A program made the position numbers and the translations under genes. The notes beneath the pieces were generated by a model. That model searched no databases. It worked only from the letters and a program-made list of their open reading frames with translations, and had not been told where the DNA came from. Below are positions 46,756 through 54,556 of a stretch of 64,000 nt of DNA, in pieces. Numbering within the stretch: position 1 is the first letter of the stretch; each line of letters starts with the position of its first letter. The stretch is from Bacteroidales bacterium (GTDB lineage Bacteria > Bacteroidota > Bacteroidia > Bacteroidales > UBA10428), in NCBI GenBank assembly GCA_041737295.1, contig JBGSSA010000220.1, positions 32,170 through 96,169 of the forward strand, in the 5' to 3' direction.

Positions 46756-47943
46756 ATGGAATATATGGAAAAAATTGATCGAAAAAGTTTCCTTATCAAT
46801 TTAGGAACAATTGGTGCTGCCTCTGTTGTTGTACCATCAATATTTGCTTTTAATACTGAGTCCTCAGATTTTAAACCCTTTAACCGCAAGGTAAAGGTTG
46901 GTGTAATTGGTTGCGGAAGTGTTTCAAGAATGTATTTACCACATTTGTTAAATTGCCCGCATGCTGAAATTGTAAGTCTGTGTGACATTAAACCTGAAAG
47001 GGCAAAGAATAAGGCAGCCGAATTTAAAGTTGCCAACTGGTATCCTCATATCGATAAGATGCTGGCAGGTGTCCCTTTCGATCTGCTTGTTAACCTGACT
47101 GACATGCAGGAACATGGCCGATTAAACCGCATAGCGATAAATGCAGGGAAATATGTTTGGAGTGAAAAACCAATGGCCAATTCGTATAAGGAAGGCAAGG
47201 AATTGCTTGACCTTGCTTTTAGTAAGAATTTACGCATGTGGGGTGCCCCTGCAGTGGTTAACAGTCCACAATTTGCTTTTATGGCAAAACAGATCAATGC
47301 CGGTAAGCTGGGAATACTTTCAGCCGGACATGGGTGTTATGGGCACGAGGGACCAAACTGGTCGTCGTTTTTCTACGAAAAACTGGGTGGCAGCATGCCC
47401 GATTTGGGGGTTTACAACATTGCCACATTGGTTGGGCTTTTGGGCCCGGCTGTTTCAGTAACATCGATCCTTAATATTGTAAATCCTGCGCGTGAGATAG
47501 AAGATAAGGGTATTATAAAGGTTGAAGAGGAAGATAATGCCCATATCCTTCTGGAACATAAGAATGGAGCAATTTCTCATATTCAGTGTGGTTTCAATTA
47601 TGTGAATGCACATAGTTATGAGGGTGAAGAGGTTTCTACTTTATCTGTAATTGGATCAAAAGCTAAAATGGACATGATTGGTTATGACTGGTGGCCATTT
47701 GCTGTAGATATGGCAACTTCGGAGCATAGAAAATACGAACGCCTTTGCACTGAACGTGGAACCTACGTGTGGCAAGAAGGAGCATCAATAATATGTGAAT
47801 ATCTGACAACAGGTAAGGAGCCGTTAATTAACGCTGAGCATGCTTTGCATGTGCTCGAAATTATTGAGGCCGCAAGAGAATCAAACCAGTCCAGAAGGCG
47901 CATTGATTTGAAATCGTCATTTAAATGGCCGATTGTTGTGTAA
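46756..47943 (+). CDS. Gfo/Idh/MocA oxidoreductase, tandem paralog with an R-K variant Tat-like signal
   Basis: I chose the start at 46756 or 46765; the ORF-track start at 46729 overlaps the upstream gene. Signal region IDRKSFLINLGTIGAASVVVPSIFA. VKVGVIGCGSV and VWSEKPMA are present. It is collinear with and highly similar to 45548-46747. Confidence 0.8.
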   Translation: MEYMEKIDRKSFLINLGTIGAASVVVPSIFAFNTESSDFKPFNRKVKVGVIGCGSVSRMYLPHLLNCPHAEIVSLCDIKPERAKNKAAEFKVANWYPHIDKMLAGVPFDLLVNLTDMQEHGRLNRIAINAGKYVWSEKPMANSYKEGKELLDLAFSKNLRMWGAPAVVNSPQFAFMAKQINAGKLGILSAGHGCYGHEGPNWSSFFYEKLGGSMPDLGVYNIATLVGLLGPAVSVTSILNIVNPAREIEDKGIIKVEEEDNAHILLEHKNGAISHIQCGFNYVNAHSYEGEEVSTLSVIGSKAKMDMIGYDWWPFAVDMATSEHRKYERLCTERGTYVWQEGASIICEYLTTGKEPLINAEHALHVLEIIEAARESNQSRRRIDLKSSFKWPIVV

Positions 47944-47957
47944 TAAAATCATGAATG

Positions 47958-47990
47958 AAAAACCCTTCCTTTATCGTGGAAGGGTTTTTT
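47958..47990 (+). terminator. Intrinsic terminator after the oxidoreductase pair
   Basis: aaaaacccttcc (47958-47969) / tttatcgt / ggaagggttttt (47978-47989) is perfectly complementary, and the 3' arm runs into a T tract. It starts 15 nt after the stop at 47943. Confidence 0.75.
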
Positions 47991-48059
47991 GTACATTTAA
48001 AACTGAATCAAATAAAATCAATTTTATTATCCATCTTATTAAGTGTATTATTCTAAGAT

Positions 48060-49268
48060 ATGCAAGCTTCCATATCATTCATCCAATATTTAAATTCGAT
48101 AATATTTTCGCGGAATAATGCGCTTCGGGCTTCTTTTTTATTTGGTTTTGCCTGTCTTTCCTCGTGGATGCCGATGTTCAACTTATGGCTCGAATCAAAC
48201 GGATTAAGCGGGATTCAGATAGGTGTCATCGCTTCAATCCCATGGTTGCTGATGCTGGTCATTCAGCCGTTTTGGGGAATGCTTGCCGATAAATATGGCA
48301 AAATATTGTGTTTGAAAATAAGCCTGATTGGTGCCCTCCTGCTTTTTGTCCTTTTTCCATTTGTGAAATCAGGTGTTGCGCTTTTTGCAGGTATGACCAT
48401 AGCCCTTTCGCTTTTTAATACACCGGTCTTACCTTTTCTTGACAGCATTGCCCTCGATCATGTTGAGAGCAAACACATCAGATCATATAGTACCATCCGA
48501 TTCTGGGGGGCAATTGGTTATGCGCTTGGAGCTTCATTCACAGGCTGGCTGATTTCGCTGATTGGAGTTCAGGCTGCCTTCTTTTCGAGTGCGGGGTTTT
48601 TGCTGCTATGTTATCTGTCTGCCCTTAAAATTATTAATGTGAAGCTGGAAGCTAGTGCTATTGATGTTGAATTTAAGTACCTCGGAAAGATTATTTCAAA
48701 CAAAATTCTCCTGATCTTTTTGCTCATTATTGTGATTGTTTCCATTAGTCAGTCGGCCATTACTTTTTTTCTGGCTTTGTATATGAAACAAATCGGAGCC
48801 TCGTCCGAAACAACAGGCATGGCCATTGGGATGGAAGGGATCAGCGAATTGCCATTTTATTTTATCGCGGCCTGGTTGCTTCAGCGCATGGCTCCGGGAA
48901 AAGTGGTTTTTATAGCCATCATTGCTACCGCAGTCAGGCTGTTTCTGTATTCGATAAACAGCAATCCCGATCTGGTGATTTTTATAGAGGCCATGAATGG
49001 GCTGACATGGACACTTTTATGGGTATCTTCTGTGGAATTTGTGAATAGCCTGGTTCCGGCAAAATACAGAACTACAGGCCAGAGTATGCTTTGGGCTGCC
49101 TATTTTGGCGCAGGTGCGGTCCTGGGCAATATCCTGAGCGGTTGGATGTATCAGCTCATGCCAATGGATCAGGTTTATGCAACCCATGGATTGATTGTCC
49201 TTGTTATTGCAACAGTGGCCTTTTATATATTTTTCATCAGCAAAACAAATAAAATTGAAGCCACATGA
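48060..49268 (+). CDS. MFS transporter (LacY/nucleoside-H+ symporter-like, 12-TM)
   Basis: 402 aa with hydrophobic periodicity throughout and an MFS loop-type block, WGMLADKYGK. Its stop overlaps the next gene's start (ATGA at 49265-49268). Confidence 0.75.
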   Translation: MQASISFIQYLNSIIFSRNNALRASFLFGFACLSSWMPMFNLWLESNGLSGIQIGVIASIPWLLMLVIQPFWGMLADKYGKILCLKISLIGALLLFVLFPFVKSGVALFAGMTIALSLFNTPVLPFLDSIALDHVESKHIRSYSTIRFWGAIGYALGASFTGWLISLIGVQAAFFSSAGFLLLCYLSALKIINVKLEASAIDVEFKYLGKIISNKILLIFLLIIVIVSISQSAITFFLALYMKQIGASSETTGMAIGMEGISELPFYFIAAWLLQRMAPGKVVFIAIIATAVRLFLYSINSNPDLVIFIEAMNGLTWTLLWVSSVEFVNSLVPAKYRTTGQSMLWAAYFGAGAVLGNILSGWMYQLMPMDQVYATHGLIVLVIATVAFYIFFISKTNKIEAT

Positions 49269-50731
49269 TAAAACTTCTTTCTGATGGTACTGTAGATGAA
49301 ATGATTTCAACAGCATGCAAACTGGTCATTGAAAAAGGAATGTCAACCCGCAATTCAGAATTAATTGAAGCTGCCCGCAAAAATGAATCGCTTCAGGTAA
49401 AAGGAAACCGGATTTTTCCATCATCAGAAGCCCTGCAATCATGCCTGGTTCATATGAAACAGAATCGTATTTCAACAACTGATTATTACCGGCATCAGCA
49501 TGGCTGGCCAGATATGCTGATTGATCATCAGGTCACCAATGAATTGGTGGTCAAACTGACTGATTTGCCTTATCAGTATTGTGATCATCATGCACAGCAA
49601 ATAGTTCCCTTAACCCGCAGTCATGTGATTGAAGGAACAAAGCTGATGCAGGTTCTGTCGGCAAAACAAGACATAAAGGGTTACACTTGCGGGGTACCCC
49701 AGGATACCGCCGATCCGCTGAAAACCATCGAACAGTATTTGATCGGATTCCGGTATAATCAAAACGGCGGTGGAACCATTCAATCAGTTGCTGCCGAAGT
49801 TGAAACGGAATTCAACGAAATTTGCTGCATCGCGGAAGGTCGCGAAAACCTTCAGGATCGAAACCTGATGCTTTTTTCACCCAGTCCCATGATCCTGGAT
49901 GCTGACGATCTTTATCTTTGCTTCAAGCCCGGCATCAATCTCGGAAGTTTTATGGTCGGATCGATGCCAATGATGGGAATGACCGGACCCGTTGACCCGA
50001 TTGGTTCATACACACTTGGTATTGCTGAAGTGCTGGGTGCCGCAACCATCTTGCACGCGCTTTTCCCCCAAGCCAGGGCTTACATTTATCCGCATCCGCA
50101 AGCCATGGATTTGAAAACCGGACAAATGGCCTTTGGCACCATCGAGCATGCCCGTTTGGAAATGATGAAATTACAGGTCATGAAGGCCCTTGGTCTTCAG
50201 TATTATAACCTGAAAGACATCATGACATCGGCACAAATGCCCGGAAGCATGGCCCAGGGCGACAAGGCGCTGGGGTTTTATACCGGGTTCATGGCTGGCT
50301 ATAAAGCATTTAACCTGATGCCATTATCGACCGACCAGGTTTGGTCGCCGGTACAGGCATTACTGGATATCGAAGCGGTAAGATATGCATGGGCAGCTAC
50401 TCGTCCAATTAATAATCCTGAAGCAGTTTCCAATGCCTTTGGAACAATTTGCGAGGTGATCGATAATGATCAACTATTTGGTGAAACAATTGATACACTG
50501 ATGAATATGGATGTAAACTATGATATGAATTCGGTACACAAGCGGTTTTTTTCTTCAGAAGTATGGATAACAGGCGGCCGGAAAACTGAACTTGTTGCAG
50601 TAGAGGAAAAGTGCGCTGATCTCATTTCTGAATGGGATTATCATCCGGAACAAATGAAGCTGGAGAAAATTTTGAATATCTATAGCAGACTATGCAAAAA
50701 ATACAATACCGACCCAATCCGGTTGGATTAA
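49265..50731 (+). CDS. MttB-superfamily (trimethylamine/glycine-betaine methyltransferase-like TIM barrel) protein, non-pyrrolysine type
   Basis: The N-terminal pattern LSDGTVDEMISTACKLVIEKGM..ELIEAARKNE..VKGNRIFP and the central GSMPMMGMTGPVDPIGSYTLGIAEVLGAATILHALFP...AMDLKTGQMAFGTIEHARL match my recollection of the MTTB family profile. There is no in-frame TAG. This is a recall-based assignment that needs an HMM check. Confidence 0.5.
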   Translation: MIKLLSDGTVDEMISTACKLVIEKGMSTRNSELIEAARKNESLQVKGNRIFPSSEALQSCLVHMKQNRISTTDYYRHQHGWPDMLIDHQVTNELVVKLTDLPYQYCDHHAQQIVPLTRSHVIEGTKLMQVLSAKQDIKGYTCGVPQDTADPLKTIEQYLIGFRYNQNGGGTIQSVAAEVETEFNEICCIAEGRENLQDRNLMLFSPSPMILDADDLYLCFKPGINLGSFMVGSMPMMGMTGPVDPIGSYTLGIAEVLGAATILHALFPQARAYIYPHPQAMDLKTGQMAFGTIEHARLEMMKLQVMKALGLQYYNLKDIMTSAQMPGSMAQGDKALGFYTGFMAGYKAFNLMPLSTDQVWSPVQALLDIEAVRYAWAATRPINNPEAVSNAFGTICEVIDNDQLFGETIDTLMNMDVNYDMNSVHKRFFSSEVWITGGRKTELVAVEEKCADLISEWDYHPEQMKLEKILNIYSRLCKKYNTDPIRLD

Positions 50732-50741
50732 TCCTGAACCT

Positions 50742-51572
50742 ATGAGTTGTTACATTGGAATAGATTTAGGAGGCACTTCCATCAAAGGAGGACGCGTTGA
50801 ATCCGGTAAAATGATCAGAAATGAAGTTTTCCCGGTAAATCCGCAGGGAACCAGAGAAACCATCTTTAGCGATGTATGCAATTTGATCGGAAAGCTTTGG
50901 ACTGAGCAGGTAGAGGGGATCGGTTTTGCTGTTCCTGCACTAATTGACTTTGAGAGTGGAACGATATACGGTCTTTCGAACATTCATCAATTCAACGGAT
51001 TCGCCATTCGGAAAGCCCTTGAAACACAGTTTCCTGTTCAGGTGAGACTTCAAAATGATGCAAATTGTTTCGTGTTGGGCGAAATGCATTTCGGCGAGGC
51101 CAAAGGATATCGGGATGTTGTTGGTCTGATCACCGGAACCGGAACCGGGGCAGGTCTGATTATTGATGGTAAACTGCACAATGGCGAACACTTTGGAGCC
51201 GGAGAACTGGGTATGATTCCATACCTGGACGGTTGCTACGAAGACTATTGCAGCGGTCAATTCTTTACTTCCCATTATAAGGTTTCAGGAGAAGTAATGA
51301 CAGCACGCGCTAAAACCGGCGATGCTGAAGCGCTGGATGCTTTTAAAATTTATGGATTGCATCTTGGAAGTTTGATCAACCTGATATGCTATGTAATAGA
51401 TCCCCAGGTTATTGTTATCGGAGGCTCTGTGAGCAAATCGTTTGAATTGTATCAAACAGGACTTACAGAATCATTGAGAAAGTTTTACTTCGATAATCCG
51501 GATAAGGTGATCATTAAGCCATCCGTAAGCCTGGATATTGCCATTTATGGTGCTGTTAGTCTTTTCTTATGA
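50742..51572 (+). CDS. ROK-family sugar kinase
   Basis: N-terminal ATP-binding block YIGIDLGGTSIKGG, plus LQNDANCFVLGE and GTGTGAGLIIDGKL. It is shorter (276 aa) than classical ROK glucokinases, and I did not find the CxCGxxGC zinc motif. Confidence 0.8.
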   Translation: MSCYIGIDLGGTSIKGGRVESGKMIRNEVFPVNPQGTRETIFSDVCNLIGKLWTEQVEGIGFAVPALIDFESGTIYGLSNIHQFNGFAIRKALETQFPVQVRLQNDANCFVLGEMHFGEAKGYRDVVGLITGTGTGAGLIIDGKLHNGEHFGAGELGMIPYLDGCYEDYCSGQFFTSHYKVSGEVMTARAKTGDAEALDAFKIYGLHLGSLINLICYVIDPQVIVIGGSVSKSFELYQTGLTESLRKFYFDNPDKVIIKPSVSLDIAIYGAVSLFL

Positions 51573-51714
51573 ATAGATGGTAATGCGGTGTGAATTAATT
51601 CGATCAACTAACCATGAAGAGAATTTCAGTTGGAAAACCACGAAAACAAAAACTGGTTCTATTTGGAAAAGGTATGGACGGTTTCGAATTCTGTAAGACA
51701 AAAACATAAATAAT

Positions 51715-52758
51715 ATGACTAAATACTTTGAAGATATCCTCAAACAGCCAGTCCAGCTTCAACGCTCCCTGGATTATACCTTGAATGAAGGTTGGACTGA
51801 AATCGAAAAAGCGATCCGGTTAATCCGCCCGGCAAAAACAATTTATATTTCAAGCATAGGGGCCAGCCTGAATGCCGGATTGGCTATTCAGGCAACATTT
51901 AATGAGGCTGGGATGCCAACTCATTTATGTGATTCATCCGAATTCCTGCATTTTACAACTATTCCAGAAAAATCCGTTGTCATTCTTCTATCGCGCAGTG
52001 GTCAAAGTGTGGAGGTGGTAAAAGCAGTTTCGAAATGCAGAGATGCCGGTGCTAAAGTTATTTCAATAACCAACAGCGCCAACAGTGTTTTGGGACAGCA
52101 ATCGGATGTGTGTTTACTGACTCATGTTGATTTTGACCACAGCATTTCGGTGAATACCTACACTTCAATCATCCTTACCGGTCAGATACTGGCATCTGCT
52201 TTCAATTCATCCTTTTCGAAATCGGAAATTACCAAATCCCTTAAGCGAACTCTTAATCAGGTTATTCCTGAAATTCCCAAATGGAAAGATATCATTGATC
52301 AGTCGGATTGGCTGGATATGGATTATTCTAGCTATTTTCTTGCCCGGGGCGCTAATCTCTCTTCAGCATTTGAAAGCATGCTCATTTGGCAGGAAGGCGC
52401 AAAACAACCGGCTTCTGCTATGACAACCGGGGCATTCAGGCATGGTCCTCAGGAAGTACTGATCAACAAAATTAATATGGGTATATGGATAGATCAGGAA
52501 ATTGCCCGCGAAAACGATTTCAAATTAATAAACGATATGCATTCTCAGGGCATCAAGCTTTTAACGATTGGAAATAATCTACCGGCTGATTTAAAAGGAT
52601 TGAAAATTGAAATGCCCCAAATACTCAATTCGTTTCAACCTATAATAAATATCATACCAATACAGTTGGCGGTCGACCAGTTTGCCAGGATAAAGGGAGA
52701 AGATTGCGATAGTTTCCGGTTCTGCAACTTTGTGGTTGAATACGAAGGCGGACTCTAA
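51715..52758 (+). CDS. Double-SIS domain sugar-phosphate isomerase/deaminase (GlmS C-terminal / AgaS / FrlB / NagB-II type)
   Basis: 347 aa. First SIS block: IYISSIGASLNAG ... VVILLSRSGQSVEVV ... KVISITNSANSVL. The second half has a GPQE-type block (FRHGPQEVL). Confidence 0.8.
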   Translation: MTKYFEDILKQPVQLQRSLDYTLNEGWTEIEKAIRLIRPAKTIYISSIGASLNAGLAIQATFNEAGMPTHLCDSSEFLHFTTIPEKSVVILLSRSGQSVEVVKAVSKCRDAGAKVISITNSANSVLGQQSDVCLLTHVDFDHSISVNTYTSIILTGQILASAFNSSFSKSEITKSLKRTLNQVIPEIPKWKDIIDQSDWLDMDYSSYFLARGANLSSAFESMLIWQEGAKQPASAMTTGAFRHGPQEVLINKINMGIWIDQEIARENDFKLINDMHSQGIKLLTIGNNLPADLKGLKIEMPQILNSFQPIINIIPIQLAVDQFARIKGEDCDSFRFCNFVVEYEGGL

Positions 52759-53009
52759 GATTTAATTGAACCGGGCAGTTTCCTGTTGTACATAATTCCC
52801 TTATCACCCTTTATCCTTGCATTTTACAATATTCCCCTGCAATCAGTATAAATATATTGCAGTGGCAAATTGGACGAAATTGCCATGGGTATAAGACAAT
52901 TATCTTCCTATGCTTCATATGAACCTGTTATGTGAAACATCAATATCAGTCATTCAGCATTGTTAATGGTAAATTTGATATATGATAAATCCGTACCTAT
53001 AAATCATCC

Positions 53010-53066
53010 GAATTAAGAGTTGATATAGTATAAGTTGATAACATATTCTGTTTCAACTCTTAATTC
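53010..53066. repeat. Perfect 14-bp inverted repeat with a 29-nt loop in an AT-rich intergenic gap
   Basis: gaattaagagttga (53010-53023) and tcaactcttaattc (53053-53066) are exact reverse complements. The arm-loop junction region contains the direct repeat agttgata twice. Confidence 0.85.
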
Positions 53067-53230
53067 GTATTAGTAATTAATAAGTAAAACAATTAATTAT
53101 AACAAGCTAAGCAAAATGAAAAAATTGATCATTTCCTCCCTGGCTTTTTGGATGAAAAGACAAATAAAATAGTCACAATTAAGGTGGGTAAAAAAATGAT
53201 ATCTCCTTTATTGAAAGCTGATTCGTTCAA

Positions 53231-53238
53231 TACGTTTG
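53231..53238 (+). promoter_or_regulatory. Candidate Bacteroidota -7 promoter box for the 53268 operon
   Basis: TACGTTTG matches TAnnTTTG, 30 nt upstream of the ATG at 53268. A TTTATTG lies about 20 nt further upstream. Confidence 0.3.
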
Positions 53239-53267
53239 TCATTAAAAAACTTTAACCCGCTAACCCT

Positions 53268-54554
53268 ATGAGAAAAAAGATACTTTCTTTATTCACCATT
53301 GTCCTTTGGGCATGTTCAATACATTCGCAAACGGATACTGGATTACTTGTTTGTATTTCAAATAATGAATCCGGTTTACTCACAGCGAAAATTCAACTTG
53401 CCATTGACTCCTGTGCTTCGAAAGGCGGAGGAGTTGTCTATTTCCCCGAAGGCAGCTATTTAACGGGGGCCTTGCGGTTAAAAAGCAATGTCACGCTTCA
53501 TTTCGACAAAGGAGCGTTGCTACAGGGAAGCGATAACTACCTCGATTATGGCAAGGGTGAGTGGAAAAACGGCCTGATCACGGGTGATAGCCTGTTTAAT
53601 ATCACCCTTGAAGGAGAAGGCCTTATCAATGGTGTTAATTGCGTCAATCCCAATGGAGAGGAGGGTTTCCGCGGACCTCATTGTATAAGGCTGACAAATT
53701 GTAAGAATATTGTCATCCGGGGAATTACCATAATCAATTCAGCAAACTGGGCGATCAACTGCAGGTACTGCAGCGATGCAACCATTGAGCAGGTTTCAAT
53801 TCGGGGAGGACATGATGGTCTCCACACCCGGTTTTGCCAGAATTTTACTGTAAACCAATGCGATTTCCGCACCGGAGATGATGCGTTTGCCGGATGCGAC
53901 AACAGGGATTTTATCGTCTATGACTGCAAAATCAATACCTCATGCAACGGTTTCAGGTTCGGTTGCTTTAATTTCAACGTGAAAAATTGCCTTATCTGGG
54001 GACCTGGTGAATACAAGCACCGGATCAGCAACCGCACCAATATGCTGGCTGCCTTTGTGCATTTTTCACCTGGCGATGAAAATCCAAAGCAGGTAAGCGG
54101 AAACTGGCTCATTCAGGATGTAACCATCAAAAATGTGGATTGCGTTTACAATTATAACTTTGAAAACGGACTATGGCAAACAGGACAACCAGTGACCACC
54201 ATGATATTTGAGAATATAAAAGCTACGGGTATCCTCAATTCATTCAGCATTGCAGGTGATCAAAACAAAAGCCTGAGACTGATCATTAAAAACGCTGATT
54301 TTTCATTCCGGGAAGGATCTGAGGAATATTTACCCGTTTTTGAGGGTAGAAAAGCCCGTTCATTGGCGTTCTTCAATATGTATAACTTTGATACCCTTGA
54401 ATTGCATCATGTTATTTTTCACCACCATGGAACATTACCGGTTTTGGAATGCAATTCAGGCAACGAGGCATGGTTTGATCAGGTAACCTTTTTGCCTGAT
54501 CCTCAATCACAGCCATTCCTGTTGGAAAATGTACTGAAAATCAGGAATGATTAA
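53268..54554 (+). CDS. Right-handed beta-helix protein, GH28-like (non-canonical); paralog of 5315-6577
   Basis: Signal MRKKILSLFTIVLWACSIHSQ. It has the same motif series as its paralog: NPNGEEGFRGPHCIRL, NSANWAINCRYC, GGHDGLHTRFC, RTGDDAFAG, SCNGFRFG, LWQTGQPVT. Confidence 0.6.
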   Translation: MRKKILSLFTIVLWACSIHSQTDTGLLVCISNNESGLLTAKIQLAIDSCASKGGGVVYFPEGSYLTGALRLKSNVTLHFDKGALLQGSDNYLDYGKGEWKNGLITGDSLFNITLEGEGLINGVNCVNPNGEEGFRGPHCIRLTNCKNIVIRGITIINSANWAINCRYCSDATIEQVSIRGGHDGLHTRFCQNFTVNQCDFRTGDDAFAGCDNRDFIVYDCKINTSCNGFRFGCFNFNVKNCLIWGPGEYKHRISNRTNMLAAFVHFSPGDENPKQVSGNWLIQDVTIKNVDCVYNYNFENGLWQTGQPVTTMIFENIKATGILNSFSIAGDQNKSLRLIIKNADFSFREGSEEYLPVFEGRKARSLAFFNMYNFDTLELHHVIFHHHGTLPVLECNSGNEAWFDQVTFLPDPQSQPFLLENVLKIRND

Positions 54555-54556
54555 TC

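Noticed and set aside
47933-48118. 61-aa ORF spanning the oxidoreductase stop and the MFS start.
   Set aside because: It runs straight through the strong terminator hairpin at 47958-47990 and an AT-rich promoter-like region. Its translation is low-complexity.
49265-50731. Pyrrolysine (in-frame UAG) in the MttB-like gene.
   Set aside because: The ORF is continuous with no internal TAG, and no pyl genes are seen. The non-Pyl subgroup is the consistent reading.
51614-51709. 31-aa ORF (MKRISVGKPRKQKLVLFGKGMDGFEFCKTKT*) in the 142-nt gap between the ROK and SIS genes.
   Set aside because: It has no recognisable motif, could arise by chance, and cannot be supported without conservation data.
53010-53066. 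The inverted repeat could be the ends of an IS element or MITE.
   Set aside because: The arms are only 29 nt apart, enclose no ORF, and I see no flanking target-site duplication. No transposase is present in the window. I kept it only as an unexplained structure.
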